A stretch of DNA of 64,000 nucleotides from Neodothiora populina. Taxonomy: Eukaryota. A program made the translations under genes and the position numbers. Location of the stretch: positions 1,240,001-1,304,000 of the forward strand of contig NW_027191404.1 of the NCBI RefSeq assembly GCF_041146345.1, written 5' to 3'. Numbering within the stretch: position 1 is the stretch's first letter; each line of letters begins with the position of its first letter. Of the stretch, positions 36,362 through 47,532 are shown piece after piece. The notes under the pieces were generated by a model, which was not told where the DNA came from, searched no databases, and worked only from the letters and a program-made list of their open reading frames with translations.

Positions 36362-39300
36362 CAGTAATGTTTGTGTGGTTCAAGCTTTGGATAATACGAT
36401 CTCTAACTTTGATATTATCTCGAAGACTGATATTGATAGGTGGATATTGGCTGTAGCGTATGATGATGACTACTTTGATCGAGGACAGTATTGTATGTAT
36501 GAGATTGGATATATCATTGGAGGAAGAGGCAATGTGGAAGTGTCAGATGGTAGATGAGAAAGATGAGAAAGAGAGAAGATGATTTTCCTGGATGTATCTG
36601 CTAGGCCAGAGAGTGAATATAGGAGGACATACGTACTGGTTGTATCTAATAAGAGGATAAGGAAGGCACGATATGAGATCTAGAAGTCAAGAAGTGAAGG
36701 CAGGTACACTTTTATGATAGGGACTATGCCTACAATATTGGCTCTCATATCATACTACTGTTCACTGAGGATGGTGCGGTGATTGACATGTTTATCACAT
36801 ACTCATCACATGGATATGAGTGATGATCAAGTTGCTGAGAGAAGAATAAGTGAAGGATCTAGGGTATCAAAATCCATTGGAAGTCAAGGAGTTCATCGCG
36901 GTCAACGTAAGTGTGAAGCATCCTCATGCCTCGATGAATGCTTTCGGTACTCAAGGAAAAGTGGTATACACTGTTGTCTGACAGAGACGAGCAGTAAGTC
37001 ATGTTGAGGTGCGCACAGAAAACAGACTGATCCTTCACAATATCCCAGCCATGACTGAGAAGTCAGCTGAATCGATCTCGAGACACTTATACTGTCCTAG
37101 ATCTCAGGACCTTGACATTATAGTCTCTATACATTTGCCTCATCAAGGCAAGGAGTGTGCTTTCACACCATGGTGGGAGACTTGAGAATTTTGTCGGGGC
37201 GCGTGGGATATGTATTGGAATATGACCACAATCACGCCACGTGCTTCAACAGAAGAAGAGATATTATGTGCAAGGCAGGTGCAGAGATGCGCGTACTCGT
37301 TTCCCTGATCCCCTATGAGACAGACTTCCATATCTGACATTATGTTAATTCATGATGGTTTTAAAACATGGTCGCAACCGCGATATTCTGGACAGGGTCG
37401 TCCTGTTACTAAGACTAGTTGAATCTCCTGGTCCCCTGTCACATGCTCCTCGATGCAAAAAGAAAATTCGTGATTCTTATGTCCGACCCCAACTACAAAC
37501 ATAGTGGGCCCACCTTGTGTGAGTAGACGGCTGACGGACACTTCTATCCTTGCAGCTGAGGTTACAATGTGGATGAAAACTCAGAGGGCATCGCTCCAAT
37601 ACCCATTTCACGTGGTGCCTCGTTCAGAATCTGCTGCACTTGCGGAAAGGGAGACCCACTCCGAGTCCTTTCAACAAAGTAAATCGCGAGCGCATGAAGG
37701 AAAGAGAACACATATATGTACCCTTGTATCCATGTACTTTGTAGTAGACTGCTGGACCTCGTTGCCGAGTATGTCAAGACCGCATGTCGAGATCGGAGAG
37801 GGAAGTTCAACGGAAGTTTCGCCGAGCTATGGTAAGTTGGGGAGGAGCTGCAGGAGGAAAGGGTGCCTGCAAGGATTGGGAAAAAGACAGCAGTTCATAC
37901 AACTTCTTGAGAGACACATTCAGCACGCATGTCCACCTCTTGTACGGCGCGTAGCTTTCTTTGATCTGTACTCGACATTTGGCAAAGCTCACAACGGGAT
38001 CTCACTGTAGTCCATCAGTACAACACTTCGGGAGAGGGTGAAGTGCAAAATTGCTGGACATGCTTGTATTCATTTCCAGGAACGCTTTGCCTGGGCTTGC
38101 CATGGCTGTCTGCAGCTAGGAGAATGGGCTGAAAGGCTATTCCAGAATACATGCTGAGTTGTATCACGGTGACTTCGGGTTCGGCATCGGGTACAGCCTT
38201 CTTTGTTCCCAGGTTAAGGCGGGCCAGGCACGAGATTCCCTTGGGGCTCGAACATCTACACACATGACGATGGATCTTCAGACGAATATTACGACGTGTC
38301 GTGCACGGGAGCAGGATCGCATATCGATTTCATTGTTCGTGACACAAGGCTGATCAGGCCTCCGGGATCCCTTGAGGTGAGGTATTCAGGAATGTACGAT
38401 ATGTGTGCGGTAGATTGAGATTTTGACTTGCCGAAGGTTGTGGTGGAGCTTGCTTTCATGGATGCAACGTTCAGCAGCAAAATCCCGCGAATTTCGTCTT
38501 GCTTTTGTCAATACTTTTGACTTCAGGCAGGCTTGCGTAATCCATCCTTCTACGAGCTTTGACGAGTCGAAGAAGCACAAGTCAAGGCTACCTCATGTAG
38601 TCCGAACTGGAACATACTGGCACAGTGTCCATGCACACAGGTGTGTTCAGTATCAGCTCCTGCTGCACGGCACAGCGCTGACATAAAGTCCGCCGACTTG
38701 CTTTATAGCAGAAGGGCTGACCAGGATGCATTGCACCTCTATGTGTACAGCGGGACTTACGCAAGCTGAGTATAATTTGCGCGGTGTGACAAGGGCATGT
38801 TGAAACCGGACGACCGACGAGCTGAGGTGTCGTACGGTAAACTCTGCTTCACTACCTTACCCATGGGTGGGGGGACTCGGCTTACGTCCGACTCGACTCG
38901 GCTCGAACTGCATGCAGTCAAGCACGTGTCTGAAGCCAAGACGCAGATGCATCGGGTCACGGTCGCTCGATCATGACAAAATAATGTGACAGCGACTCAC
39001 AAGTGCGAGTTGAATTTTCCTCTTCTCACCAACCAGCGACGAAAGATTCAGTGGTTGCAGGTTTATCCTTCCAAAGCATCGGTGGAAGCCAGGGTATTGC
39101 CGGTCGAGGCGCAACTTGAAACAAAGCCCCCTGTCAAATCGCCCCTTCCCCTGATGCGCGATCTCCCGTTGCCGAGATAGTGCTGAGCTTAGCCTCCAGC
39201 TTCATCAAACCGTACTGACACTATCCGCGCCATCCTCCATCCGTGATATCTTTTCTGACCAACGAGAGTACAGTCACGGTGGTTGTATGCATGGTGTACC

Positions 39301-39761
39301 TTTTCCCGCCCCGTTGAGTGGGTCGAAGTGTAGTGAAGTAGCGAATAGGGACGACTGTTGCAAGCCGCCGCCAAAGTTCTAGCTCATGTATGCAGATTTT
39401 AGTAGGTATTCTGGCTCGCGCGGCCCCGTGTTCTGTCTCCTTCTGCAGGTCCACATGGCGGTTGAAAGGTAGGGAATCTGAAGTGCATGTGAGATAAATA
39501 CACCACTGCATCTTCGACTTGATATTCTCTTTTTTTCCTTACAGCACACTTCCTTTGCGCCGGCATTACTTTCTCTTGAGCATTTGCTCGTCCATTCACT
39601 TGTCTTTACAGACAGAATACATTCTTTTCTCGCCCTGGTCGGCTCATCGAACATCGCGCTCTAGCAGCTGCATTTTCCTCGTCCATTACGCGTCTCATCC
39701 TTACGAAAAACATCTCACGATCAACGACATCTACCTACAGCTTCATAGATATTTCTAGACC

Positions 39762-41370
39762 ATGTCTTCTCTCATCGTTCTGGCTCTTGCCGGATCAGCT
39801 CTGGCTATCCCCTTTGCTGAACATCACGGCCATGTTCACAAACATCGCCACCACTTCTTTTCCGCTGGTGTCACTGGAACCGGCAACCCCTATGCACTTG
39901 CCAACGCCACCGGGATCTACGGTGCCACTGGTACTGCTGCCAGCACCGGACTTCCTGTTGCATCAAGCTATGCCTACAGCCCCGAGGTCCAGGTCGCTGC
40001 TGGTTCTGCTGACAGTGGATCTGTCGACGACCCTGAGTCGACAACCTGCACTCAGAGCACGACTTATGTAACCAAGACCAAGCAAATCACCATCACTGTG
40101 CAGCAGACCGAGACCGAGACCACCACCGGCACCAGCGCTGGCTCCGGCTCTAGCTTGAGCACCGGAAGTGCTGTCACTAACGGCTTCTATGGTGTAGCCA
40201 ACTCCACTTACGGAGCTGGCAACTCTTCTTATGGAGCTGCTCACCCAACCCACGGAGCAGCCCACGCCACTGGTGGTGCCGTTCACAGTGCAGTCAACGT
40301 CACTGATGCAGCCAACTCAACTTCGTTTGCTCCCATCTATGCATCTTCTGCAGCTCCTTCGATGACCCTTGATCTCCGAAACAAAGGCTTCAACAACATA
40401 AAGTGGCACAGAAAGTCCACCTCTGTTAGTACCTCTGCATCTTCTTCCGTTGTCGAGAGTTCTTCCAGCAGCGCATCGGTCGCTGCTGCTTCTTCGACTT
40501 TGTCATCCTCCAGCAGCGAAAGCACTAGCGTTTATGTTGCACCGACTTCTTCCGTCGCTGCCTCCTCTTCTGTTGCCGTGGCTTCCTCGACCACAAGCTC
40601 ATCTACTGCTTCGCAGTCTGCCTCTTCCAGCAATGGCAAGCGTGGTTGTGCCTACAATGACGCTACCCTGTGTGCTGCTTTCGAGAGCTCTTCTCAAGTC
40701 AGCTGGGGCTACAACTGGGGTCAATCGTCTTCTGGCCTCTCTGACAGCTTCAACTACGTTCCCATGCTTTGTAAGTCCGCCATCTGCTTTACTGGCCCGA
40801 CATTTTACTAATTTACATGCTATAGGGGGCACAAGCTCGACCTTCACTAGCGGCTGGGCCGACTCTGTCAAGTCATCAGGTGCAACCCACCTCATGTCCT
40901 TCAACGAGCCCGACTTGAGCTCCCAGTCAAACATCAGCCCTGAGGATGCAGCAGCAGCCTACAAGACCTACATGGAGCCCTACGCCGGCACCTACAAGCT
41001 CGGCGCTCCTGCCGTAACCAACGGCGCAAACGGCATGGGCCTCGACTGGCTCTCGGCCTTCTTGTCCGCCTGCGACTCATGCACCATCGACTTTGTGTCC
41101 ATCCACTGGTACGACTCCTCCAGCAACTCTGAGTACTTCAAGGACCACGTCAGCAACGCCACTTCCGTCGCCGGCGGCAAGCCTGTGTGGGTCACCGAGT
41201 TCGGCTGCACCGATGGATCTGACTCTGACATCTCCAGCTTCTTGGAGACCGTCATGCCCTGGATGGACGAGCAGGACTACGTCGAGAGGTACAGCTACTT
41301 CATGGCTTCCGATGGCATCTTGAACTCTGGAAGCGAGCTTTCGAGCTTGGGCTCTACTTTTGCTTCTTAA
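39762..41370 (+). CDS. Secreted Ser/Thr-rich protein with C-terminal GH128 (Asl1-like beta-1,3-glucanase) domain; intron 40771-40825
   Basis: Signal peptide; motifs KRGCAYND, SWGYNW, YVPML|WG, SFNEPD, IDFVSIHWY, KPVWVTEFG, YVERYSYF. Confidence 0.9.
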
Positions 41371-42350
41371 GCTGCCACCTCTTCTTTTCTTTAAGGAATA
41401 TCTTACCTCTTTGAACTCCATTGATATGATACAATTCCACATCCTCTCTGTACAACTTTAGGGCAGGAACCCCGAGGCGACTCACAAAAGGGGAGGATGG
41501 ATGGATTCAAGGGGACGTGATCTGATGGAAACACGAATGAGATATACATGAGGTTTGGAAAGGAAAACGATCTGGTGGGATTTATGGCAGTGTCTTTATC
41601 TTCGGAGGAATTTGTCTTACTAGATAAGCCTGAAGGCAGAGAAGGGATATATGGCCCACCTCTTGATGTGATGGGACTCCGTACGCCCTCTTTTTGCTAG
41701 TCGGCCTTGGAGTATAGATGGGGAAATCAGAGATGATGTACGCTGCGCTTCCTTTGTTCTTTTCATTTTCTCTCTCGTGTTTTTCGTGTATGCTTCTCCT
41801 CCACTCTATGGTTTTCTCGCGCCTTTTGTGACTGTATATATGTGTGTCCCACTTAGCCATCATCATCTACAGTAAGCAATCGCTACTCAGTAGCACCCTC
41901 ACTCGCCTTACCTGGCTTTGTAAAAAACCCTACTAACTCATACTGTACATCCAACCCTTTTCTCCTCGTCCTTCGTCTCCAAACTCACCCCTTGACTCGG
42001 CGCCTGACCCCCACGCTGAGTTGTCGACCTCGGGAAGAATAAAGTATCTTTTCCTGGCTAAGTTGCTGGATTTATATCATGTTCTGCGCGGCGACATCTG
42101 CGGTACGGTGAGGTGGATAGCCTCGCCGATTCGTAATTTTGTCCATGTTTTAATGCTTGATGCTAGAGGGTTTCCCGTTTACATATGATAGTAGGTGGAA
42201 AGAGGTCTGCACGTTGTCAGATGCAATGGAAGTGGGTTTGTTCGTTGTCTATATTCTTTTTTTTTCTGTATACGTGTATTCACACGTGTATATGTATGTT
42301 CTGTGTGCATGTCGAATCTGTTCAAAAGGTGAACTGTTGGAGAAACATAC

Positions 42351-45300
42351 CTACCTCTTCTTACTGCCCTTACCACCCCTACCCCCGCCCTTCTTACTCG
42401 CAGTCTTACTAGCCTTGCCCTTGTTATTGTCCGCGGCAGCGGCGCCACCACCCATCATGACTCTGACTTTACTGACAGGCACGACACCGATGATCTCCGC
42501 CTCCTTGAAGCCCTTGACGAGCTCGACTTCCCGCGGCCAGATCTTTTCCTTGTCGCTGCTCGTCTGGTCGATCCATTTCGGAACCGCGAAGGCTTTGTTC
42601 CAGCGGTCTAAGATCTCGCGCACCGCTTTGCCTTTCTTTTGACTGCCGGGTTGAAGCTTGACTTTGTACTTGTATTTGCCGAGCGCGGCCCAGGGTGCGC
42701 AGATGGGCAGGGCTTCGAGGAGCTCGTCGCCGACGTAGGGGGTGCCGATGAATGCGTCCAGTGCGGCTCCCGTCATGTCTGCGCCGGCGGCGTCGTCGTC
42801 TTCTGCGGCTGCGTCGTCGGCGGCGGTGCCTTGCTCGAGTGCGAGTTGGCGCTGGCGCTCGGCTTCGAGGCCTTCCTTCTGGGCGCGCTCGTGTTGCGCG
42901 CGGCGACGGGCGAGCTTTTCTTCTTCGGTTTCTTTCTTGATGGCGGCTTCTTGCGCGGCGGCTTCGCGTTTCTCTTCGGCTGCGCGGGACCCGAGGAGTT
43001 GCATTGCTAGGCGGCGGTCTTCTTCGTCTTGGTCCGCGTATTTGGTCGCTAGCTTCTTCTTCTTGCCTCGCTTGCCGCGCACTTGGGGTTTGTTGTCTGC
43101 TGGACTGAGCTTCTGGGAAGAGTTCTCGTCATCGATGGGCGTGGGTTTTGTGTCGTTTTCCTCGTGGTCAGAGTCTTGGGGGATGGACTGCGGTGGAAGA
43201 GCTTTGCCCTTCTTCTTGAGTCTGCGCTCTTTCGCAGAAAGGTGTCGCACTCCACCTTGCTGTTGGGGCTTCGCATCGTCTTCTGCTGCAGCCTCGTGCT
43301 GAGCTTCCTCGCCATCTTCGTCCTCAGAGTCAGAGCCGGACGCGTCCTGTTTTTCATTGGGGGAGGAAGCCTCAGTGTTTTTGGATGCCGCTGCAGGAGC
43401 GAGGTTTTTAGGCTGTAGTGGGTTTGCACGCTCATGGGCGGGCGAGGCCTCGTCGCCGTCGGTGGCGTCATGATGGTCATCCTTTTGCTCCTCTTCGTCG
43501 TCATCCTCGCTCTCCTCTGCAGCTCCGTTCTCGGCGTCCGGGAAGTCATCGCTGTCTTCGGCAGCCTCGCCAGCATCAGGGAAATCGTCATCATCATCAT
43601 CATCATCTTCATCGTCCTTGTTGGCGGCCGTGTCAGACTCGGCAGCGCTCCTGATCGGCAGAGCCTCCCCTGCGCCGAACCTGTGCTTGGTGTGTCTCGC
43701 CTTGCTATCCTCGCTGATCTGGAACATGATACCAAAGCCAAGCAAGAGCTGGGCTGGAGGCATGTAATTCTTCTTGCCGCGGATGTTGAAGCCACCGGCA
43801 GCCAGGTATTCTCCTGTCGGTCCCGTCTTGGAGACTTGGTCGGCGTTGACCCACCAGGCCGACATGACCGCTTTCGAGTCCCACGCATTGGAAGTGCAAA
43901 TGGACATGTTGCCAGCTTGTTGCAAGGTGGATGGTGGGATAGGGGCGTCGTCCTCGTTGGGATTGTTTCTGATGATGATCGAAGCAGCACCGGGTAGATC
44001 AGCGTGAACATAGATATCACCCTTTTTGAGGTATTTGCGATAGAGCATCTCGCTCTGCTGTGCGTCTTTACCACCTAAAACCAAATAGCCATCCGAGGAA
44101 ATGAAATGGATGAACTTTTCAAACCACAACTGCTTTCGCACAGGTCGAAGAATCTGCTTCTCTTGCTTTAATCCCTTCTTCAGGTCAGCCTGAATCTTCG
44201 CTTCAGTGCTTTTCAGCGCTTTGGAAGAGGCCATCTCTGTCTTCTCCTGCTTGGTAGCGGCTGACTTTCTCTGATCGTAATATTGCCGAGCATTTGACCA
44301 GGCGGATAGACCAAGATCGATGTCGACGGCTAGCCGCTTATCTTCTTGCTGCTTGGGCTTAGCCGAGGAGGACTTCTGACCCTCATCTTCGCTGTCGGAT
44401 GGCTCAGAGTCCGTTTCGTCGGCCATGTCGTCGTCATCGTCCTCCTCCTCATAAGCATACTCGGACACGAGCAGAGTCGCGATATTCTCCTGTAGCTTGA
44501 GCGGAAGCCTGATCATCTGCGCGACAGGGTTGTGACGAGACTGTTCCATTTCGATGAGACGGTCGATCTCGAGCCAGTCCATACCCTGAGCGACGAGACC
44601 ATTCACGGCGGCCGCAGCTTCTTCGACGCGGTCGAGGTTGGCTTCAATGGCCTGCGCGCGCCTCACGTTCAGCTCCTGAACTTGTTCGAGGCCTGCGATA
44701 CGTCTGGCATGCTCCTGTCGGGCCTGCTCGATTCTCTTTTTGGCATTTTCTTCTCTCTCAGACAGCTTTGATTCGAGCTTCTGTCCTTCAATGGACGAGA
44801 AGAACTCGTCTACGGTCTTGTTGAAGCCCTCAAATTCAAGAAATTCGATATCCGGTTTCGCCTCGAGCTGCTTCGGCTTGAACGGGTGGAAGTCGTCGTA
44901 CAACAAATTCTGTGTCTCTTCTGCGTTTTCGTCCCCTACACTCTGCGTTTGTTTGCCGTGCTTCGCAATGATGTATCCCTTTGCGACATCTCTGCTGGTG
45001 ATCTCGGTCAGGAGTCTACCGGCTTCCTCGAGGGCCCGCATCAATTTGTCAAGCAGAGCATCATCTTCGACGATCGCAGAAGGCAGTAGTGTCTTGTCAA
45101 AGCCAACAAGCTCGAGCGCATGATCGATGATTACGGGGGGAAACTCGGTGATGGAGACGGCAAGTGCCTTGCGCAATGCATCTCCCGGCTTCTTCTTGAG
45201 TTTGCCTGCCTTCTTCGGATCCTCGGATTGTTTGTCTATGGCCTTCTGCAGACCGCTCCGTAAGCGGTGCTTTGTCAGCGGCGGTATTCCTTCGTAGTTC

Positions 45301-45770
45301 TGTCTCAAGGATAGGTTATAGGTCAAGCCCAATCTATATCTCTCATGCTCCGCGCCCTCGTCTACATTTCGCAGAAGGGCGATGATGGTCAGCTGATTGT
45401 CGGTCAGGACGATGTTGCCGCCGGCATAGAATTCGAGAAAGAGTCGGTAGGCGCCATCGGAAAACTGGATCTCAATGATGCGGTCAGTGCCGACTTGGGA
45501 GACGGAAGTGACTCGTCGGGTCTTCAGATACTTCCGCAATCGAGTGACGAAAGGCGATGGCGCAGAAGCGGTGGCGCGGGCATAGCTGGTCAAGTGAGCG
45601 CGAAAGCCAGAGTCTATGAGGAGCTGCTCGCGGTGCTCTGGTTTGGCGAACTTGAGGAGGAAGATGCGGGTGGAGAGATCATAGATGTTGGACAGGCGCA
45701 GGGACACAAGGCTGGCCGAGAGCTCATGGGCAATCACTTTGACGTCCAGAGACGAGAACCTCTGCTTCAT
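42351..45770 (-). CDS. RQC2: Ribosome quality control protein Rqc2/Tae2 (NEMF)
   Basis: Start MKQRFSSLDVK; LEFYAGGNIVLTD; NFACT-R motifs WFEKFIHFISSDGYLVLGGKDAQQ and GGFNIRGKKNY; NFACT-C motif PICAPW...KYKVKLQPG. Confidence 0.96.
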   Translation of the reverse strand: MKQRFSSLDVKVIAHELSASLVSLRLSNIYDLSTRIFLLKFAKPEHREQLLIDSGFRAHLTSYARATASAPSPFVTRLRKYLKTRRVTSVSQVGTDRIIEIQFSDGAYRLFLEFYAGGNIVLTDNQLTIIALLRNVDEGAEHERYRLGLTYNLSLRQNYEGIPPLTKHRLRSGLQKAIDKQSEDPKKAGKLKKKPGDALRKALAVSITEFPPVIIDHALELVGFDKTLLPSAIVEDDALLDKLMRALEEAGRLLTEITSRDVAKGYIIAKHGKQTQSVGDENAEETQNLLYDDFHPFKPKQLEAKPDIEFLEFEGFNKTVDEFFSSIEGQKLESKLSEREENAKKRIEQARQEHARRIAGLEQVQELNVRRAQAIEANLDRVEEAAAAVNGLVAQGMDWLEIDRLIEMEQSRHNPVAQMIRLPLKLQENIATLLVSEYAYEEEDDDDDMADETDSEPSDSEDEGQKSSSAKPKQQEDKRLAVDIDLGLSAWSNARQYYDQRKSAATKQEKTEMASSKALKSTEAKIQADLKKGLKQEKQILRPVRKQLWFEKFIHFISSDGYLVLGGKDAQQSEMLYRKYLKKGDIYVHADLPGAASIIIRNNPNEDDAPIPPSTLQQAGNMSICTSNAWDSKAVMSAWWVNADQVSKTGPTGEYLAAGGFNIRGKKNYMPPAQLLLGFGIMFQISEDSKARHTKHRFGAGEALPIRSAAESDTAANKDDEDDDDDDDDFPDAGEAAEDSDDFPDAENGAAEESEDDDEEEQKDDHHDATDGDEASPAHERANPLQPKNLAPAAASKNTEASSPNEKQDASGSDSEDEDGEEAQHEAAAEDDAKPQQQGGVRHLSAKERRLKKKGKALPPQSIPQDSDHEENDTKPTPIDDENSSQKLSPADNKPQVRGKRGKKKKLATKYADQDEEDRRLAMQLLGSRAAEEKREAAAQEAAIKKETEEEKLARRRAQHERAQKEGLEAERQRQLALEQGTAADDAAAEDDDAAGADMTGAALDAFIGTPYVGDELLEALPICAPWAALGKYKYKVKLQPGSQKKGKAVREILDRWNKAFAVPKWIDQTSSDKEKIWPREVELVKGFKEAEIIGVVPVSKVRVMMGGGAAAADNNKGKASKTASKKGGGRGGKGSKKR

Positions 45771-46433
45771 GATGTGCTATATACAAGAGCAGAAGAGGTT
45801 GCAGAGGGGTGGCTCTGTATCACATATAAAGAGTCGAACAGTGGGATGAATAATGAGTAATGAATGACGATGATGCTGAATCGCTGCGGGCAAAAGCGAA
45901 TCTCGAGTCACTTGACGTCACTTGCTCATTGTACTTGCACAATTTGGCCTACAGTCTTTCAAACAATACTCGTATTCGATCACTTTGATATTTGTCGCAT
46001 GTATCTATCGAATCTCCAATTGGTGATCCATGATGGTGATCGTTATTGTTCCACGGAATATTCAAACTGTTCATGCCATGTATGTGAGATGCGACCAGAG
46101 CTTCGCGAATCGGTAACTTGTTGTCGCGTGTAGTTGACCTCTATGGCCCAGATACGTGGTAAACAAATGCCAGCAATACTAAAAGAAAAGGCTTCAATTG
46201 CTCGAATCGTCAAAATGTCACCGTCTCGTACAGGTGTCATCGCTGGCAAGACTGCCAAGGTGTTTCTTTGGGTGATGAAAAGTTGTCATTATTGCATGTC
46301 CATGTTCTCTCCTGCACCAGATGACAAGCGCATAGCTGTCCTCCCCTTTTAGATGATGCTCCGTGTCCAAGCCACTCTGTGATATTCCACAACGAACGCC
46401 CCAACTCCTCGCCAATGCAGTCGAGCCTCGACA

Positions 46434-47090
46434 TCACAAGCCTTGCCGTAATCTCTCGCCCAGCTTCATCTTGCCGAATTCCCATGCCTTGAGCAGACCC
46501 TCTTCCGAGAGATCAATGCCCTTGACCGAAGCCAGGTCCTGGACGGGAGGCTTGCTGACTCTTGATGCGACAATGACAGGGTCGGTCTCGAGGATGATGC
46601 CGTCGTCGATGATCTCGTCAATGGCGAGCGAGACGAGATCGTAGTTTTCGATGATCGTGCGCTTGTCCACAGAGTTCCTGTCGAGATGGTTAGCCATGAG
46701 TGCAATGATATGTGGAACGATGATTCCGTACTTCAGTAGAATGTTCAATGAATCGCGGAGGGCCAGGATGACCGAGTATAGTAGAATCTCATTCTCGTCT
46801 GCGCCTCCGACGACATAAAGCATGACGTCGCTCTCCATCTTGAAGAGCACGACCTTGTTGTCGTAGAGAATGATGTCGCTTGTCTGCTTGGCCGTCTTCT
46901 CTAGCAGCCCCTTCTCGAATGCCTTTTGCTCTTTGACATGGGGGTATGGGTTGGCACCAGGAAAGTCGTTGTTCTGGGCATTTGCCGGCGCATGTGGCGG
47001 CGAGTAGTATTTGGCCAGAATGCGAGAAGAGTCGTCGGTCGAGAGGATCAGAACGGCATTGACCGAGAACAGGGACATGTTGGGAGACAT
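46434..47090 (-). CDS. RET3: Coatomer subunit zeta; intron 46731-46678
   Basis: Longin fold motifs RILAKYY, QKAFEKGLLEKT, DENEILL, DKRTIIENYDLVSLAIDEIIDDGIILETDP. Confidence 0.95.
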   Translation of the reverse strand: MSPNMSLFSVNAVLILSTDDSSRILAKYYSPPHAPANAQNNDFPGANPYPHVKEQKAFEKGLLEKTAKQTSDIILYDNKVVLFKMESDVMLYVVGGADENEILLYSVILALRDSLNILLKYGIIVPHIIALMANHLDRNSVDKRTIIENYDLVSLAIDEIIDDGIILETDPVIVASRVSKPPVQDLASVKGIDLSEEGLLKAWEFGKMKLGERLRQGL

Positions 47091-47532
47091 GATTGCGGTG
47101 TTGTGAGGGCAAGGAGTCGGCGCGATTCGAGGACAGGCGAGCAGCACTTGTGCTGGTGGTGAGTGTCACGCGGGTTCGTAAGCTTTTTCCAGTGTCTCGG
47201 AGGATGGGGCGGAGGAGGAATGGATGTCCAGCCAGGAGGATGAGTCGTGGAATGGCGAGGGTATTACAGCGACTGACCACTATTGACTGTTGGTGTTGCT
47301 GTCGCTGTTGCTGCTGCTTGTCCTCTCCAGCTGCTGCTCCCTAAAGGAGGGGCCTTGGCACCGTCGGCCTTGGCACAGCAGCCTGAGGCTCAGGTACTGT
47401 ACCTTAAAGGTAAGTTGCGGAGAACAGAGCAGCACCCCCGAGATGTGAATTAAATTTATCGTCATCTCTGTATTGCCGTGACTTTCTTGCTTTGTTTTAT
47501 TGTTGAGACAAAAATGATCCTGGTCTTCTTCA

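Noticed and set aside
37100..38960. Short ORFs between the SNF2 and GH128 genes
   Set aside because: No recognisable domains, transposase or RT motifs, or consistent exon chain, so not called as genes or mobile elements.
41900..41920. CTTACCTGGC resembling the U1 snRNA 5' end
   Set aside because: Lacks the ATA start and the downstream U1 stem-loops; better explained as an antisense splice donor (CAG|GTAAG).
42639..44074. Several long overlapping or antisense ORFs inside RQC2
   Set aside because: By-products of GC-rich low-complexity coding sequence.
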